Assembly (NCBI RefSeq): GCF_031769215.1
Contig: NW_026782090.1
Coordinates: forward strand, 124,001 to 188,000
Source of the DNA: Ylistrum balloti
Taxonomy: Eukaryota
DNA: 64,000 nucleotides
Reading direction: 5' to 3'
Shown: one piece after another, positions 13,001 through 26,380 of the stretch
How positions within the stretch are numbered: the stretch's first letter is position 1
Layout: every line of letters begins with the position of its first letter
Program-made: the position numbers and the translations under genes
The notes under the pieces: model-generated
What the model saw: the letters and a program-made list of their open reading frames with translations, nothing else
Told to the model about the DNA's origin: nothing
Database searches by the model: none

Positions 13001-15795
13001 CTTGTTTTGGTACATTCCTATAAAAGATCTTCTCTCTTACCTAAATTCTAACGTGACTGCACCAATTGCCACGCCATAGGCCTAGGAGTCTCCTACAATT
13101 CGTGACATGGACAGCTGGATCTTTTAAGATAATTAAGTTTTTCGTGCATATTCTTGTATTTCTCAGAATTAAAACACCCTTCCATAAACTTTAAATTCCG
13201 AAAAAAGTAAAACTCGCAAAAATAGTTAACTGTATGATCAAGAAGCTGGTACGTTTTGTTGATGTCTATAGAGTTCAGTCAGTGTATACTACGAGTGATC
13301 CAACTATCTATCTGATATTTCGTTTCACAAGATTTCATTCTGACCCCAGTAAGTTTTCTAGAAACAGCCTTTTCAAATCCATTCAGTGCATAAAAAATGA
13401 AAAAATAAAGATAGCCTGTCTTACAAATTGTGCATTCTGACCTTGCTTTCCCTCGTACAAATATTGCGGATATCATACCAGATACCAAACTCGTACACAT
13501 GTATTTGTAAATATGCAACTAACGTCGACCGTTCCACTGAGAGTAGTTTCTCGGTAATCCGTAAACCAAGTGTTGGCAGAAGCCCACGTCCCAAGTAATT
13601 GGTCTAAATAGCAGGTACGACGAGACTCTGCTGTCGAGTGTTTGCTAGTGTAGGTAACACTACCTGCCTAATAGACTCTTTGTTTTTCATCAATGGGAAT
13701 GCATGTACTCTACTAACTTTTATCTTCTTTGTACCTTGTGTGTTACATGCAGTGTAAATCAGACACAGCACGTGAAATGCACAAGAGAGATTAACATGCA
13801 AGTGCAGAAAAAATCTGCCCGTTACTTTTCTATCTGTCCGGATACAAAACATATAAAGTCTCCGTCTCCGACATGTTAAAGTAACACTGGCGCCACATAC
13901 AAATTGTAGAATGTTTGAAATTCTTGTGGCAGAGCTTGAAGTGCGTACTGTGCAGTAAGTAAGGCTCGTGATAAAATCGTTTCAGAATTCGTGTCCAACC
14001 ATTGATAGAGTAATTCATTGTTAGCAAATTTGATTAAAAAACCTATTTGTAAAATGCAATACAAATTCATAGGGGGTAGCACTTCGACACATCGATGTTA
14101 TATATTAGATCATTATAGTGCACGACATGATACCGGCATTTTAGCGGCTAACTCAGGACTACAATCAACCGCCATGTCAGAACTATCCGCTCATGACAAA
14201 TACCAAATGACTTCAAATAAAAAATCCTATTTCCCATTAATGTTGATTATAGAAACAGTATCCCAACAAATAAGTACATAATGATGGTAATTAGTGCTCG
14301 GAAAATTGGATTTTAATGACCGTACGAAAATGTAAGGCTTTACTAACGGCTAATTTATAGGTACAGTACACGGCCCAAACATTTCAATTTTAATGGACAG
14401 TTTCGTTTTCATATCAAACTTTATACTGTTGTATAACCGTACGTGTCACTAATTATCGTAGCAAACGAGAAAATAAAAACCGGAAGGTATCAATGTTATG
14501 TATGTAATCTACATATTGTTATTTCAAACTTCATGAAATCTTAAAAAATAAAAACTGTTATAACTTTAATGTAATGCAAACCTCTCTGTAGAGCTAGGCA
14601 CTACAGAATGTGTCGTTTATCATTCTTCCCTACCACGATCCCACATTAGTTATACTGTTACAAATCACATTTACTGGACGGATTTGACAGTGGTTTTCTG
14701 CTCGGGAACATTCCCTGATTTCCATAATAATTACGACCTATGGCCGTTGTGTATAGCCCAGCGATAATTCTGCCAGTCTCCCGAAGGCCGCAGTGCCATA
14801 ATTTCCTAGCCGTGTGATGAATAATTCGATGTTATGTAGATCCCAGTAACACGGCGACTGTTTGTCACCCGTGTAGATCCTTGTCAAACGAAATTGGAGA
14901 ATTTACATGTATTTGTATGTCGAGATAAAATGTGGAGAATCTGCAATGAGAATACCACTTGTCATACCGTTAACCATATCTCTGATTTACCAGTCATTGT
15001 TTCATTCGATACTAAGATAAAAGTGCAATTTTGTCACAAACGCGTTGCACGGTAGACTGAGCAATACCGCATTTCCATTTATAACTGTATAAATCACAAT
15101 GCGGTCTACAGAAACATTAAATTTCAGCTGGGAAGGTGATTTGAATATTACGTAATTTCCATGTAATTCAGTTGTTCTTCTAAACAGGGTACAGAGAGTC
15201 ACAACGATAACTACAAGCCACAAATAGAACCGCGTAGTATTACATACACACTAAAGCATTGCACAATCAAAATATGATCACGAACGCTTCCTCTACTAGA
15301 ACGATCCGAACCCATTAAGACACAATGTTTACGTAGTCACTGACATGTATAAAGCGTAACCATCGTGTGATGTTTTACTTAATTAAGCACCTGCTGCAAA
15401 CTACAAAGCTACTAATACATGTGTAGAAACGTCTTTTACTTCGCGCTTAGTTTAAGTTTAAACATTGTTCTTATTAAACAATTGCAATATTACACACATC
15501 CTTCACACTTAGTTTTCGTTTAAACAATAGTTTGACTCAATATATTCAATACTATTACACATCCCTCACGCTTAATTTAATATTCTAATTCAGTATATAC
15601 AACAATTTAACACCCACGTAATAATACTACAAATAGGATGGGAAAGCAAACCCAGAGTTTATACATTTCACTAAAACTGTTTATTATTTATCATTTCTTG
15701 TTTATATCACACTTCTATACATTTGCTGTTTAGACTCGTATGATATAACAATCTGACAAAATTTTTGTTTAGTATGAACATTTTCTGCTGAACTA

Positions 15796-15856
15796 TGGTC
15801 TGTTGTGACAGGGGGTCGTTATCGACAGGTAGTCGTTAAGGACAGTGTAATCGTAC
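15796..15856 (+). mobile_element. Possible degraded terminus of a Tc1/mariner(pogo)-type non-autonomous element
   Basis: Three ~17-bp copies of GGTCGTTATCGACAG-like motif ending in ...gtgtaatcgta, resembling the repeated terminal motif of invertebrate pogo-type MITEs. No matching opposite end found. Confidence 0.3.
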
Positions 15857-16255
15857 GAGTCCTACCTTGCGGACAGTGGTCGAGTTGTGTGGCACATTCT
15901 TGTGAGAACTTCCCTTGTGCTGGTCCAATCTGTGGAAGACAAACAATACAAATATTATCAAAATGTGTCTGAATGTTGTTGTATCTGGTTCCGATTTAAC
16001 CGACCCCAATGTCACTTACTTCCGTGTACATTTCGAGCAAGTTTTAACTTACACAATTACCCTTGCTGTGCACCCACCAAATGTTAAGATAACATTCTTT
16101 TGAACTCTCCGATACGTTTGGACACGTTCGGAGAGATAAAACAGTTTCAGTGAATTCGAAACACTTTTATAGATAGCACACGCTTTCTGAGTATAGATTC
16201 GCTGTATTAAAATTAGGGTTCTAGACCCAATTACATTTTTCACTCGCCCACTGAA

Positions 16256-16545
16256 ATACTCTCTAACAAAATCATAACTTTAACTTGTCCAATCCGATAC
16301 TCTCAAACTACGTCATAACTTTAACTTGTCCGTTCAGATACTCTCCAACTAAGTCATAACTTTAACTTGTCCAATCAAATACTCTCAAACTACGTCATAA
16401 CTTTAACTTGTCCGTTTAAATACTCTCCAACTAAGTCATAACTTTAACTTGTCCGTTCAGATACTCTCCCGATTCAATGACATCTTTACTTCTCCTGTTC
16501 AATACTCCCCGGACTCAATCATAACTTTAATTCGTTCATTCAGAT
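16256..16545. repeat. 41-bp minisatellite, ~5 good plus 2 degenerate copies, alternating A/B variants
   Basis: Unit atactctc(aaactacg/caactaag)tcataactttaacttgtccgttcag; the two variants alternate after the first copy. Confidence 0.93.
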
Positions 16546-16704
16546 GTTCTTTGACGTTTAAATAAAGCGCGGCATCTAATATTGCACAAGCTTTGTATGC
16601 AATATGTTATGCAATATTTTATAAGCTTCCCGCTTTCCCAGTTACAACAACCCAAAGCATGTCATATAGACTTGTAAGAGAAATAACAATGGAATTGTCT
16701 TTAC

Positions 16705-16744
16705 CTTTGTCAATATCATACTGGCATTCGTTTGATGTCAGTTT
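16705..16744 (-). CDS. Candidate upstream exon of the TNFR-like gene
   Basis: Acceptor tttgtactttgttttaaaatacag|AAA and donor AAAG|gtaaag; 40 nt, phase 0 to phase 1. Reads KLTSNECQYDIDK(G) and joins in frame to GHEMAPC across a 9.7-kb intron. Supported only by splice signals, phase and a well-placed Cys. Confidence 0.55.
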
Positions 16745-18718
16745 CTGTATTTTAAAACAAAGTACAAAGTACGACCTGATGTTGGGTGCAAACTTATTTT
16801 TGTATGGCTCCATGTTTCTGCTTTATCGCGAAGGTCTCTTATCATATTCTACTTTAATGTTACCCATTAAAATGTACATGCTGGTCTTTATAGGCACAGC
16901 AACCTTGTACTGTTGTTATTTACATACAATAATGAGGTACTCCGGCCAACACCGCCAGTATACTGGTCATTAAAACACCTGTAGTGGTCATTTAGATCTG
17001 TCAGGTGCGAGAGTAGGTAAACAAACAACAGAGTGCCACATCCGATCAGTGGATGGCCTCAGTTTTGTACTCAGTTCTCATGTTAATATATACTGTCTCC
17101 GGATTGAAATTTGAAATTTGAACAAAGATGCAATATTCAGCATATATCTTGGTTTTTCGAATTTCGAATGGATTTTTGATGATCTATTAAGACTGTACAA
17201 CCAATGCTTTAATAAACAATCATTTCATCAGGTATTGTTGAAACCAAATTTTAAGAAGCACGCACATGTTTGGAGAAATTATCTTCAGACAAGAATTAAT
17301 AAAAATATTTTAGGTTATCGAAAACAAATTGGACAAGAATACATTTCAAAATGTAAATTGAGCGACTGATGAAGTTGCTGATGCTAGAAATAGTCGAGTT
17401 CCTCACGATAAAGTGGGCAAGTAGCCGTCTTCCGGTAATTTATCATATTACTGTCAAAATACAAAGCCATCGCTGAACCTTCGCATACGAACCCTAAATA
17501 ACACATTAAACTTCGGCTAGGCTGTTATTGATGGAACGTAGAATTGTTCACAACAATAATGAAAACATAAAGGTATTTCACAAAAAGAAAAATTGAATGT
17601 TTTCTAAGCAATCTTAAATACAGTCGAAATTCACCCGGAATCTGATTGGGTTTCTAACGTTCCCAGTTGGTAAAGACGTCATTAGCAATTACTCTTTACG
17701 ATGAAAAACACAAACCTTCCCTACATAATTGACGAACCGCGGCAGAGACTAGTTACAGAACTGACAATGGCCAATTATACCTCATTCGTTTCCAGCATAC
17801 GCCATGAAATGCTCTCTACTTTTAACTCAAAGGCCTGTGCCTTCAATCTTGTGTTTAGAAGTTCCCACAAGCAGGTGCGCGTTTGCGATCTGTAGTTATG
17901 CAGTCTGGTACATTGGTCTTCGAGATTCTATATCTGAGGGTTCATCCGATACATACCATTCGAGGAAAACGACCTTACGGCATGCGTGACTACTTAAACA
18001 TCTTAACTTTGGCAAATTGTACCCATCTTCATATACTCATCAATTGTTGGGTCAAGCAGTTGACTTTCTATACTCGGGAGATATTTAATGTTTCATTATA
18101 TAAAATTACAGGGGATTTGCAGTCCGTCTGGTATGAAAACGATCTGAAAGTGGAAACGCCATTAGTAGTCTGAGAGGGGATACCATAAAGGAAGCGCAAT
18201 CCTTTGGAACTAGACAATTGCATGAGATCTGCTGTATCAGTAATGGCGGTCTGATACAGTGGACTTAAACGCACCGACTACACGAATGCCAAGCACAACG
18301 AAGGTCTATATAACAGAATTAACGACAAACGTCCGTCCTTGAAACAACCGACACATATTCAGAACAATAAGATAAAAGTCGTTAAAAACAATAAAACAAA
18401 GTTATGTTACCAGGAATTAGATAAACAGCAATAGAAGGAAACGAGCGGGACGTCTCTGCGACAGTTAATTGTCTATAGCTCAATTCGTTTCTGTAAGAGT
18501 TCTCATGTATAATACAAGGAAAGACATCAAATGAAACCTTATTTCAACACCATAAAATTATAAGTGTTATTCCGCAAGTGAAATCTCACATACCTCATTT
18601 GTAATTAGCCATAATGCGTGTATAAATAATGAATAGACCCTGGCAAAGGAAAGTGTGTTAATATCTGTGTTATGGTGAGGCTAAATCAACAGTAATGTCA
18701 TTTTACATGTAAAAAAAC

Positions 18719-19948
18719 AGTATTGACATCAAAACCATACACCATACTAAGTCTGTATTTACACCAAAACCATACACCATACTAAGTCTACATTTACACC
18801 AAAACCATACACCATACCAAGTCAGTATTTACATCAAACCATAGACCATACTAAGTCTGTATTTACACCAAAACCATACACCATACTAAGTCTGCATTTA
18901 CACCAAAACCATACACCATACTAGGTCTGCATTTACACCAAAACCATACACCATACTAAGTCTGCATTTACACCAAAACCATAGACCATACCAAGTCAGT
19001 ATTTACACCAAAACCATACACCATACTAAGTTTGCATTTACACCAAAACAATACACCATACTAGGTCTGCATTTACACCAAAACCATACACCATACTAAG
19101 TCTGTATTTACACCAAAACCATAGACATTACTAAGTTTGTATTTACACCAAAACCATAGACCATAATAAGCCTGTGTTTACACCAAAACCATAGACCATA
19201 CTAAGTCTGCATTTACACCAAAACCATAGACCATACCAAGTCAGTATTTACACCAAAACCATACACCATACTAAGTCTACATTTACACCAAAACCATACA
19301 CCATACTAAGTCTACATTTACACCAAAACCATACACCATACTAGGTCTGCATTTACACCAAAACCATACACCATACTAAGTCTGCATTTACACCAAAACC
19401 ATATACCATACCAAGTCAGTATTTACACCAAAACCATACGCCATACTAAGTTTGCATTTACACCAAAACAATACACCATACTAGGTCTGCATTTACACCA
19501 AAACCATACACCATACTAAGTCTGTATTTACACCAAAACCATAGACATTACTAAGTTTGTATTTACACCAAAACCATAGACCATAATAAGCCTGTGTTTA
19601 CACCAAAACCATAGACCATACTAAGTCTGCATTTACACCAAAACCATAGACCATAATAAGCCTGTGCATTTACACCAAAACCATACCAAAACAATACACC
19701 ATACTAAGTCTGCATTTACACCAAAACCATAGACCATAATAAGCCTGTGTTTACACCAAAACCATAGACCATACTAAGTCTGCATTTACACCAAAACCAT
19801 AGACCATACCAAGTCAGTATTTACACCAAAACCATACACCATACTACACCAAAACCTGTATTTACACCAAAACCATAGACCATACACCAAAACCATAGAC
19901 AATACCAAGTCTGTATTTACACCAAAACCATAGACCATACTAAGTCTG
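18719..19948. repeat. 35-bp minisatellite (~35 copies) with a 420-bp higher-order duplication
   Basis: Unit tttacaccaaaaccatacaccatactaagtctgca. Lines at 18901/19321, 19021/19441, 19081/19501 and 19141/19561 are identical; offset 420 = 12 x 35. Confidence 0.97.
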
Positions 19949-20162
19949 AAAACACCGTGTATTTCGAGTATGTCCCAGTTATACGATACAAACAGTTACA
20001 GAGAATCTATAAATGTTGTACTGTGTTCACGAGTGATACAATGTCCATCTTTTCTAACGGCTTGAACAGCTTGTCAATTTCCTTAACGAAAATCAAATAT
20101 TTGTTTATAAAGACTAACATCCGTCTGTTTCCCAAACTGCCTAGAATCATTGACCAGCTCAC

Positions 20163-20310
20163 TATCGTTACAGGGTGTTGGAGAGTACAGTTATAGGTAG
20201 TCAATATTGAGTTAACTCGAGAGAACAGGAAAACTGTAATGAAAACAACACTCATACACAGGATACAAAAGCCTTTTAACAAATTGGTTCGCTTCGTGTT
20301 CAAAGATGTC
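20163..20310 (-). CDS. Candidate signal-peptide exon of the TNFR-like gene (ATG at 20255)
   Basis: Acceptor ttatgtcttcag|G at 20312-20311 (alternative gttttcattacag| at 20235-20234) and donor GATA|gtgagc, phase 0. From ATG 20255 it reads MSVVFITVFLFSRVNSILTTYNCTLQHPVTI: hydrophobic leader then a Cys, in frame with the 16744 exon. Confidence 0.42.
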
Positions 20311-23300
20311 CTGAAGACATAACTGAAGTGAAATATTGCCAGGAATCAAGTGACAAGTGTATGAGTTATCGATTTAGTTTACATTGGTCTCCATGTCGAG
20401 TTTTGATCAAACCATAACAACACATATGATTTATGTTTCATGTCGGGGAAAGTTTCTTCAGTCTTCCTCAAGGAAATAATGACTCGGTTTATGTTTTAAT
20501 GGTTTATACAGTCAACACTATCAATCTGCATGACGTAATCAAATTTATCGCACTAGCAGTTTTAGCAACCGCGCGTAATGATGAATTTGCGCAGCAGAAA
20601 GAATTATGATTTCAACAAAAGTAAATAAAATCAGCGTAAATTAAGTACAGCAATTTCAGAGTGAAAAATGTATTATCTAATTTCAGAGATTCAAAAACAC
20701 AGAACGTGGGCGTGACCATCCCCATAATCCTTCTTGGGTGATGGTATCTGGTAAGTGTAAGAGAGAATATCAACATTCTTGATACTGGAGATCACAATTC
20801 CCTGTACTGTATGTCACATACAAATGACGGATAATAAACTCAACGCCGGACACGCAAGTCACACAATTACGGGAAATGCCTTTAGATATTTTGTACGATG
20901 TAGTGGGAGACTCGACTGAGTCACGCTGATGTCCAAGTACAAGCGGACAGATAACAATACGGGTTTTTTTACCTTACAACAACGCGTCATTTTTCGTCTC
21001 GTTTTCACACGGTACCAGATACAAAATACTTTTAGTTTCTGCCTTTATAATGCTAGCTTCAAGCTCTCGTGCGTTTAATTTCCAAGTGGATAGCGAGTTT
21101 AACCTCAGGGTAATTTGCCAGTAGAAAGTATTCTGAATACATATTTAATCTACTTGAAACACATTGTTAACAGTCCGAGACATTCACTAACGTCCATCAC
21201 TGATCTCCATGTTATCGCCATTACTCACCTATACGTTAGAGAACATTAGAAATAATCTATTTCATTTCCAGTTGTAGCGGTCGACAGTTACCGCTCTACT
21301 TCAAGTTCGGGATGGGCTATACAATCATTTCAAAACAGTTACATATTGTTGTTTTTTTTTATCAATGAATCGCAAGGCTTCTTCAATGCAATCGTGAATT
21401 ACGTTATTGGGCGAATATCTCTTGTACTTAAAATAATAACCTTTATTTAGTGACTTTCCTTCAGTTCTTCTTTGGTCAATTATGAGCAGTCAATAATTTC
21501 AAATCTGAGTCGTCAGTTTATATCTAATTTGTCCTATACTATAAACATCAGATACATCAATTAGTAATCGGGGTTGGGGGAAGCTATTTATCATCATGTC
21601 GTCTTCATTGCAAAATATGCTTATAAGTTTTATGTTATTTTATAGAATATATCTCAATACATCAAAGGGAATATCCTCTACAAAGATCGTCCGTCAAGTC
21701 TTTTAGAACGCGACGTATGTCTTCAGGTTCTACTGTTAAACACATTACCACAGTTATCATTTCAGGAAAATTACATCAACTTTTTTATTTTTATTTCCTT
21801 AGCCTAAATATCGACACAATACCTCTGAATGTGACGAGCAAAAAGTGTTCGATAAATGATTGAGCAGTTCCGTTATGATGTTTTGTTCGTTGTTCCTGTT
21901 CGGTCTTTGTGTGTGACGTCATTATGTCTCGTCGTTAGAGTCTCTAGATGGGTCACCATTAGTCCGTGTCGTTATGGACCAGTGAACATAATGTCTGTCA
22001 CGCATTATGAATGCTGATATTGCATTATCAATGAAAACCCATAAAAAACATATAATTTTGTGGTCTGTGCAGTTAAATTAGGCAGCTGTTATTTGGGGTC
22101 TGATTTTACATCATAATGAGTTCACAGGTATGTTTTTTAGACAATCTCTAATGGCGTCACGAGATCGCAAGCATACCTTTCATGAAGCATTTAGAAAGAA
22201 AAGACAGGTGGTTTTCGTTCCTGGTTAAATGTATGGTTAAGTTCGAAATATGTTACTGCTAATTGGGACGAAAAGGGAAAAATTAACAACTGTTGAAGGC
22301 AGATGTACACAGATGGTTCGTCCCGAGGGCAACGGGCCTGTTGATTCGTGCAACACTTCCATATGCATGAAGTACAATTCAGAATCTGGAAATTGATGAT
22401 GTGGATTCTTAAAATAAATCCATCACCATCCCCGAAAGTTCATCGGGAGACTTATTCCGTACATGTGCGTTTTGATACGTCCGTATTTGTTCTTACATGT
22501 ACTATGTTAGGTATGATTGGTACATAAAAAATATTCTAAATTGCATGTATATAGGGTGTGAGTAAGTTGTATCAGTCCTAGTTAACACGTGGTAAGCTGC
22601 ACTGATTGTATAGATCATTGTAATCACGTCAGATATCAATTCATCCTTTGATCAACGATCTCTACCGGAAGTCGTCATTCGCTTTGATAGGTAACAATAT
22701 TCGTCAACGCAATTTTTTTATAATAAATTTGCTTATCTGATGAACAATGAATTTTAAAATTAACATATTTTTCATGTTGGAAAATCAGCATAATGATATG
22801 TTAAATCTTTAGAATTCTGTAGTTACTAGAAACTTTGAAAGCGGTTTGGATTATCTTTACGACAGTTAAGCTTTAAAGTCGGAAAACGTGGCGACCTTGG
22901 TTCGGAAATGTCTTTCCATTAAATTTCTAGAAAGTACTCCGTATCTGATCCTATCTACAACTACAGAATTAATAGCTCTTTTGTAAATGGATATTCGCTT
23001 TCGGAGAACAAATTCGTGTCTTTGAGAGAAACCCGAAGCTAACGATTGGCTTGATAATGTGGGACGCTGTTAAGAATGGATGTATATCATCATTCCTTCA
23101 GTTCTACCTACACAGGGTATTTAAACCATAATCATAACAAACATCTATAATAAGCTTCTCATTTAAGATTTTTCTGAAAAAAAATCACTTTAAAAACATC
23201 TCTAAAACAACACAATGTACACTGGTTCCATAATTATCATAGGATGTGTACGTATCTGAACCTCTCCTGAGTACAATATGTCTTAAAATTATACACCAAG

Positions 23301-25116
23301 TTATAAGCCCCGAAACCTGAAGCTGTTTTATGTGTTTTGAATTGAATTTCCTCTAACAGAACAGATTTGTACGTGGCATGGATGTGACATCAAAATTCCG
23401 GCCATAACTTTGGTCAGTGATCGGATGACCGATCACGTGTCCTTTAAATCACTAATTGAATTAATTTACATACTAAGAAACGACTAATAGATAGATGGCG
23501 GTCAATTACAGCCATTACCATACTAGGCTGACAAGGGTATCTCGTTACCTGTCCGGACCTGAAACGGCTGGCTCACCAATGTCCAATCTTTATCATCAAT
23601 ATGCAAATAAATTGGTCTCGGTTGGTCAGTTTGAAGTTTAAATTTTCAATATGTTCCCTTAGAATATCAACATTAGAAAACCATTTGTCTACTATGTTTT
23701 TGACTTCTTTCTTGTCGCGTGTTTGTTCTTTATTTTCACGTGACGAGATTTAATTTAGGGGTAAAATCCACAATAAAGTTCACTGAATCGTGAAAACTAA
23801 TCAGAATGTGGTCATGTTCTGACGAGATGTCCGCAGATAAAATGGACACGACGGACCCTGTCCTCCCGTCTTTGAGGACATCAGACTTACGATGTATCGG
23901 TCAAAGGTCAATGACAAAGGACACCGCCGTTCCCAACACGTATACAACTATACATCATGTGGGGTTTTCATTCGAATACTATTCAAACGATTAATGTATG
24001 CATGAATCATCCGGATTTGATATCCGGAAAATGTGGCACTCCTGCCATTTTAGAACAGCAGGCGAAATTCGACACAAAGCCATACGGAATTTTTGACCAT
24101 ATACCATACCAGACACCGGACATACGGTCAAACCGGACACCAGAGTAAACAGAACATTTTTTTACCGGACACCCAACAATACTGGACACCCTTAAGACCG
24201 ACCATCTGGCACAGTAACTGGACACAAAACTGTACGGATCACTAGATACAAGAACTGGCACCAAACCAGAGATTGCTGTTATATGTTTGGAAAGGCATTA
24301 GTTCAATGTTCTGATCAATTAGAAAAGCTTCAATTAAATCCATCCATTTTGTAGTTTCGTCATAAAATTTTGGAATGAAGACTAATTCTTATTAAAATAT
24401 CACAAAATCAATGTTTACACATGTTTACCGTGGACGTGAAAGTATAGAAGATTACCAGTTAATAACTAACTTAATATGGGATGCCTCACGTGCACCAATT
24501 AATACCCTCTCGGCACTAAATGGGGTTCCCCAAAGGATATATTGTCTCCTCAAGAGGGTTGATTAATAATCTTGTGAATAGCTTCAGCAGTTGATTACCG
24601 TGGTGGGCCCCGCATGTTACACTATTAAGCAAGGTTTATGGAGTAATTATCATACTTTTCTGTGATAATACACAAACTCCGGGAACAGGGTTGTAACTAT
24701 ACATCTGTAATCACTGAATCTTTCTGTTTTTATATTTTGATCCACGGAATACAGTCAGCGCGAGCTATAAAAGTCAGTGCCTGTGCGTTACGTACCTAAA
24801 TCGTATAAGCGTTGTTTAAGAGTAAATCTGGCGCATGACTGACATGCAACACGATACCACATATACACAAACTAGTCTCGTGAAGCCGGTTACACCACAC
24901 ACAAAACAATGACGTCATAACATTTGACAACTGTTAAAATACAAAACAAAAACTGTGATACGAAAAAATTCAAAGCACGCTAGTCAAACCGTAACAAGTT
25001 TCCGAACAAGATTTCTGCTAGTGACGAGACACCTGTTACGACCACGCGCTAACATATTTCTGACTTACAATAGGTAGATTTTAAAACCATCGGATTCATC
25101 CGTCAAATCAATGAAA

Positions 25117-25211
25117 CCTCCTCCCGTCCCCGTCCCCCTACCCGTCCCCCTCCCCGTCCCCCTTCCCGTCCCCGTCCCCCTCCCCGTCCCCGTCCCCCCC
25201 TCTCCCCATCC
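25117..25211 (-). repeat. C-rich/G-rich simple repeat (CCCCGT)n-like, G-quadruplex-prone on the minus strand
   Basis: cccgtccccgtccccctacccgtccccctccccgtcc... gives more than a dozen runs of 3 or more G with 1-3 nt loops on the minus strand. Confidence 0.9.
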
Positions 25212-26198
25212 GCAACACATTGTAACAAAACGAATTTCAAAATAAGATAAATCTGGTGACAGAGATTTTATAACACAAGATAACTTCTTTTTTCCTATGT
25301 TTAATTGGTTCTTTTTCCACAGATATGATCAAATTGAATAAATCTAACTGGTAAGATCAGCAGTATGTATAAATAACAGTAAACAATATCATCTTCAGTT
25401 TTGATATCACTGATTCCTGCTGAAGGTTTTTGAGAAATAAGTTCACTAAGTATATAATGTAGCTATTAACACGAAGTCAGTACACAGCAGAGACAGAAAA
25501 TTCCTAACATGTTTAAATAAACAGTAATTAAATCGCCTACTAACGATAATGACAGGGTGTTTAGCTGTAGTTATAATAATGACAGCTGGTATTATCTGTT
25601 TACTTTTAGTTTGTTTATTTATTTATTAAAATGTAAAATAGTGACTCAGTGCAAGTACCTGCCTTCCATGTACCTATCATCACATACCACAGATGTATGT
25701 GTCAGTAAGTATAACAACTCTGACAAAACAATGGTCACCTTGTCCAAAACGTCCACACATAAACAATCAAATGTAGTGTTAACATATAGACATCTGTATG
25801 TGGTATTGGAATGTAAAATTATACATTATGTCTGCATGCTTTCACTCTATCAAATAAAACATTCCATCACGCTTTAGCATGGAACCTTTGCACTAACATA
25901 ACAAAAACTGACGGATATTAGTATGATATATCAACAACCAACCTCGTTTAAAGATTGTGTGAAATTAAAAAAAGTCTTCAGGTTTTCAAAATAACTAAGA
26001 TAAGTTCTCCGATTCTCTCGTCACCGAAACGCGAGTACGAGTCAACACAGAATGTTGTAATTACGTTCTGTCTGACTAAAGTGACGTCACATTGGCTTAA
26101 AATCAAGGCAGAGGTCGAATACAGAGGTCAAGAAAACTAAAACCAAATACATGAAATGAAAAAAAAACAGAAATAAATACATCAAAAACCCCATACAC

Positions 26199-26380
26199 AG
26201 AAACCAGAGACGTAAAACGCAGAAAGTGTAAACGTAAAACGCAGAAACCAGAGACGTAAAACGCAGAAAGTGTAAACGTAAAACGCAGAAACCAGAGACG
26301 TAAAACGCAGAAACTGTAAACGTAAAACACAGAAACCAGAGACGTAAAACGCAGAAAACAGAGAAGTAAAATACAGAAAC
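26199..26380. repeat. 22-bp minisatellite organised as a 44-bp A/B dimer
   Basis: A=agaaaccagagacgtaaaacgc, B=agaaagtgtaaacgtaaaacgc in the order A B A B A B' A, then degenerate copies. It explains the ORFs at 26103-26480 and 26182-26388. Confidence 0.93.
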
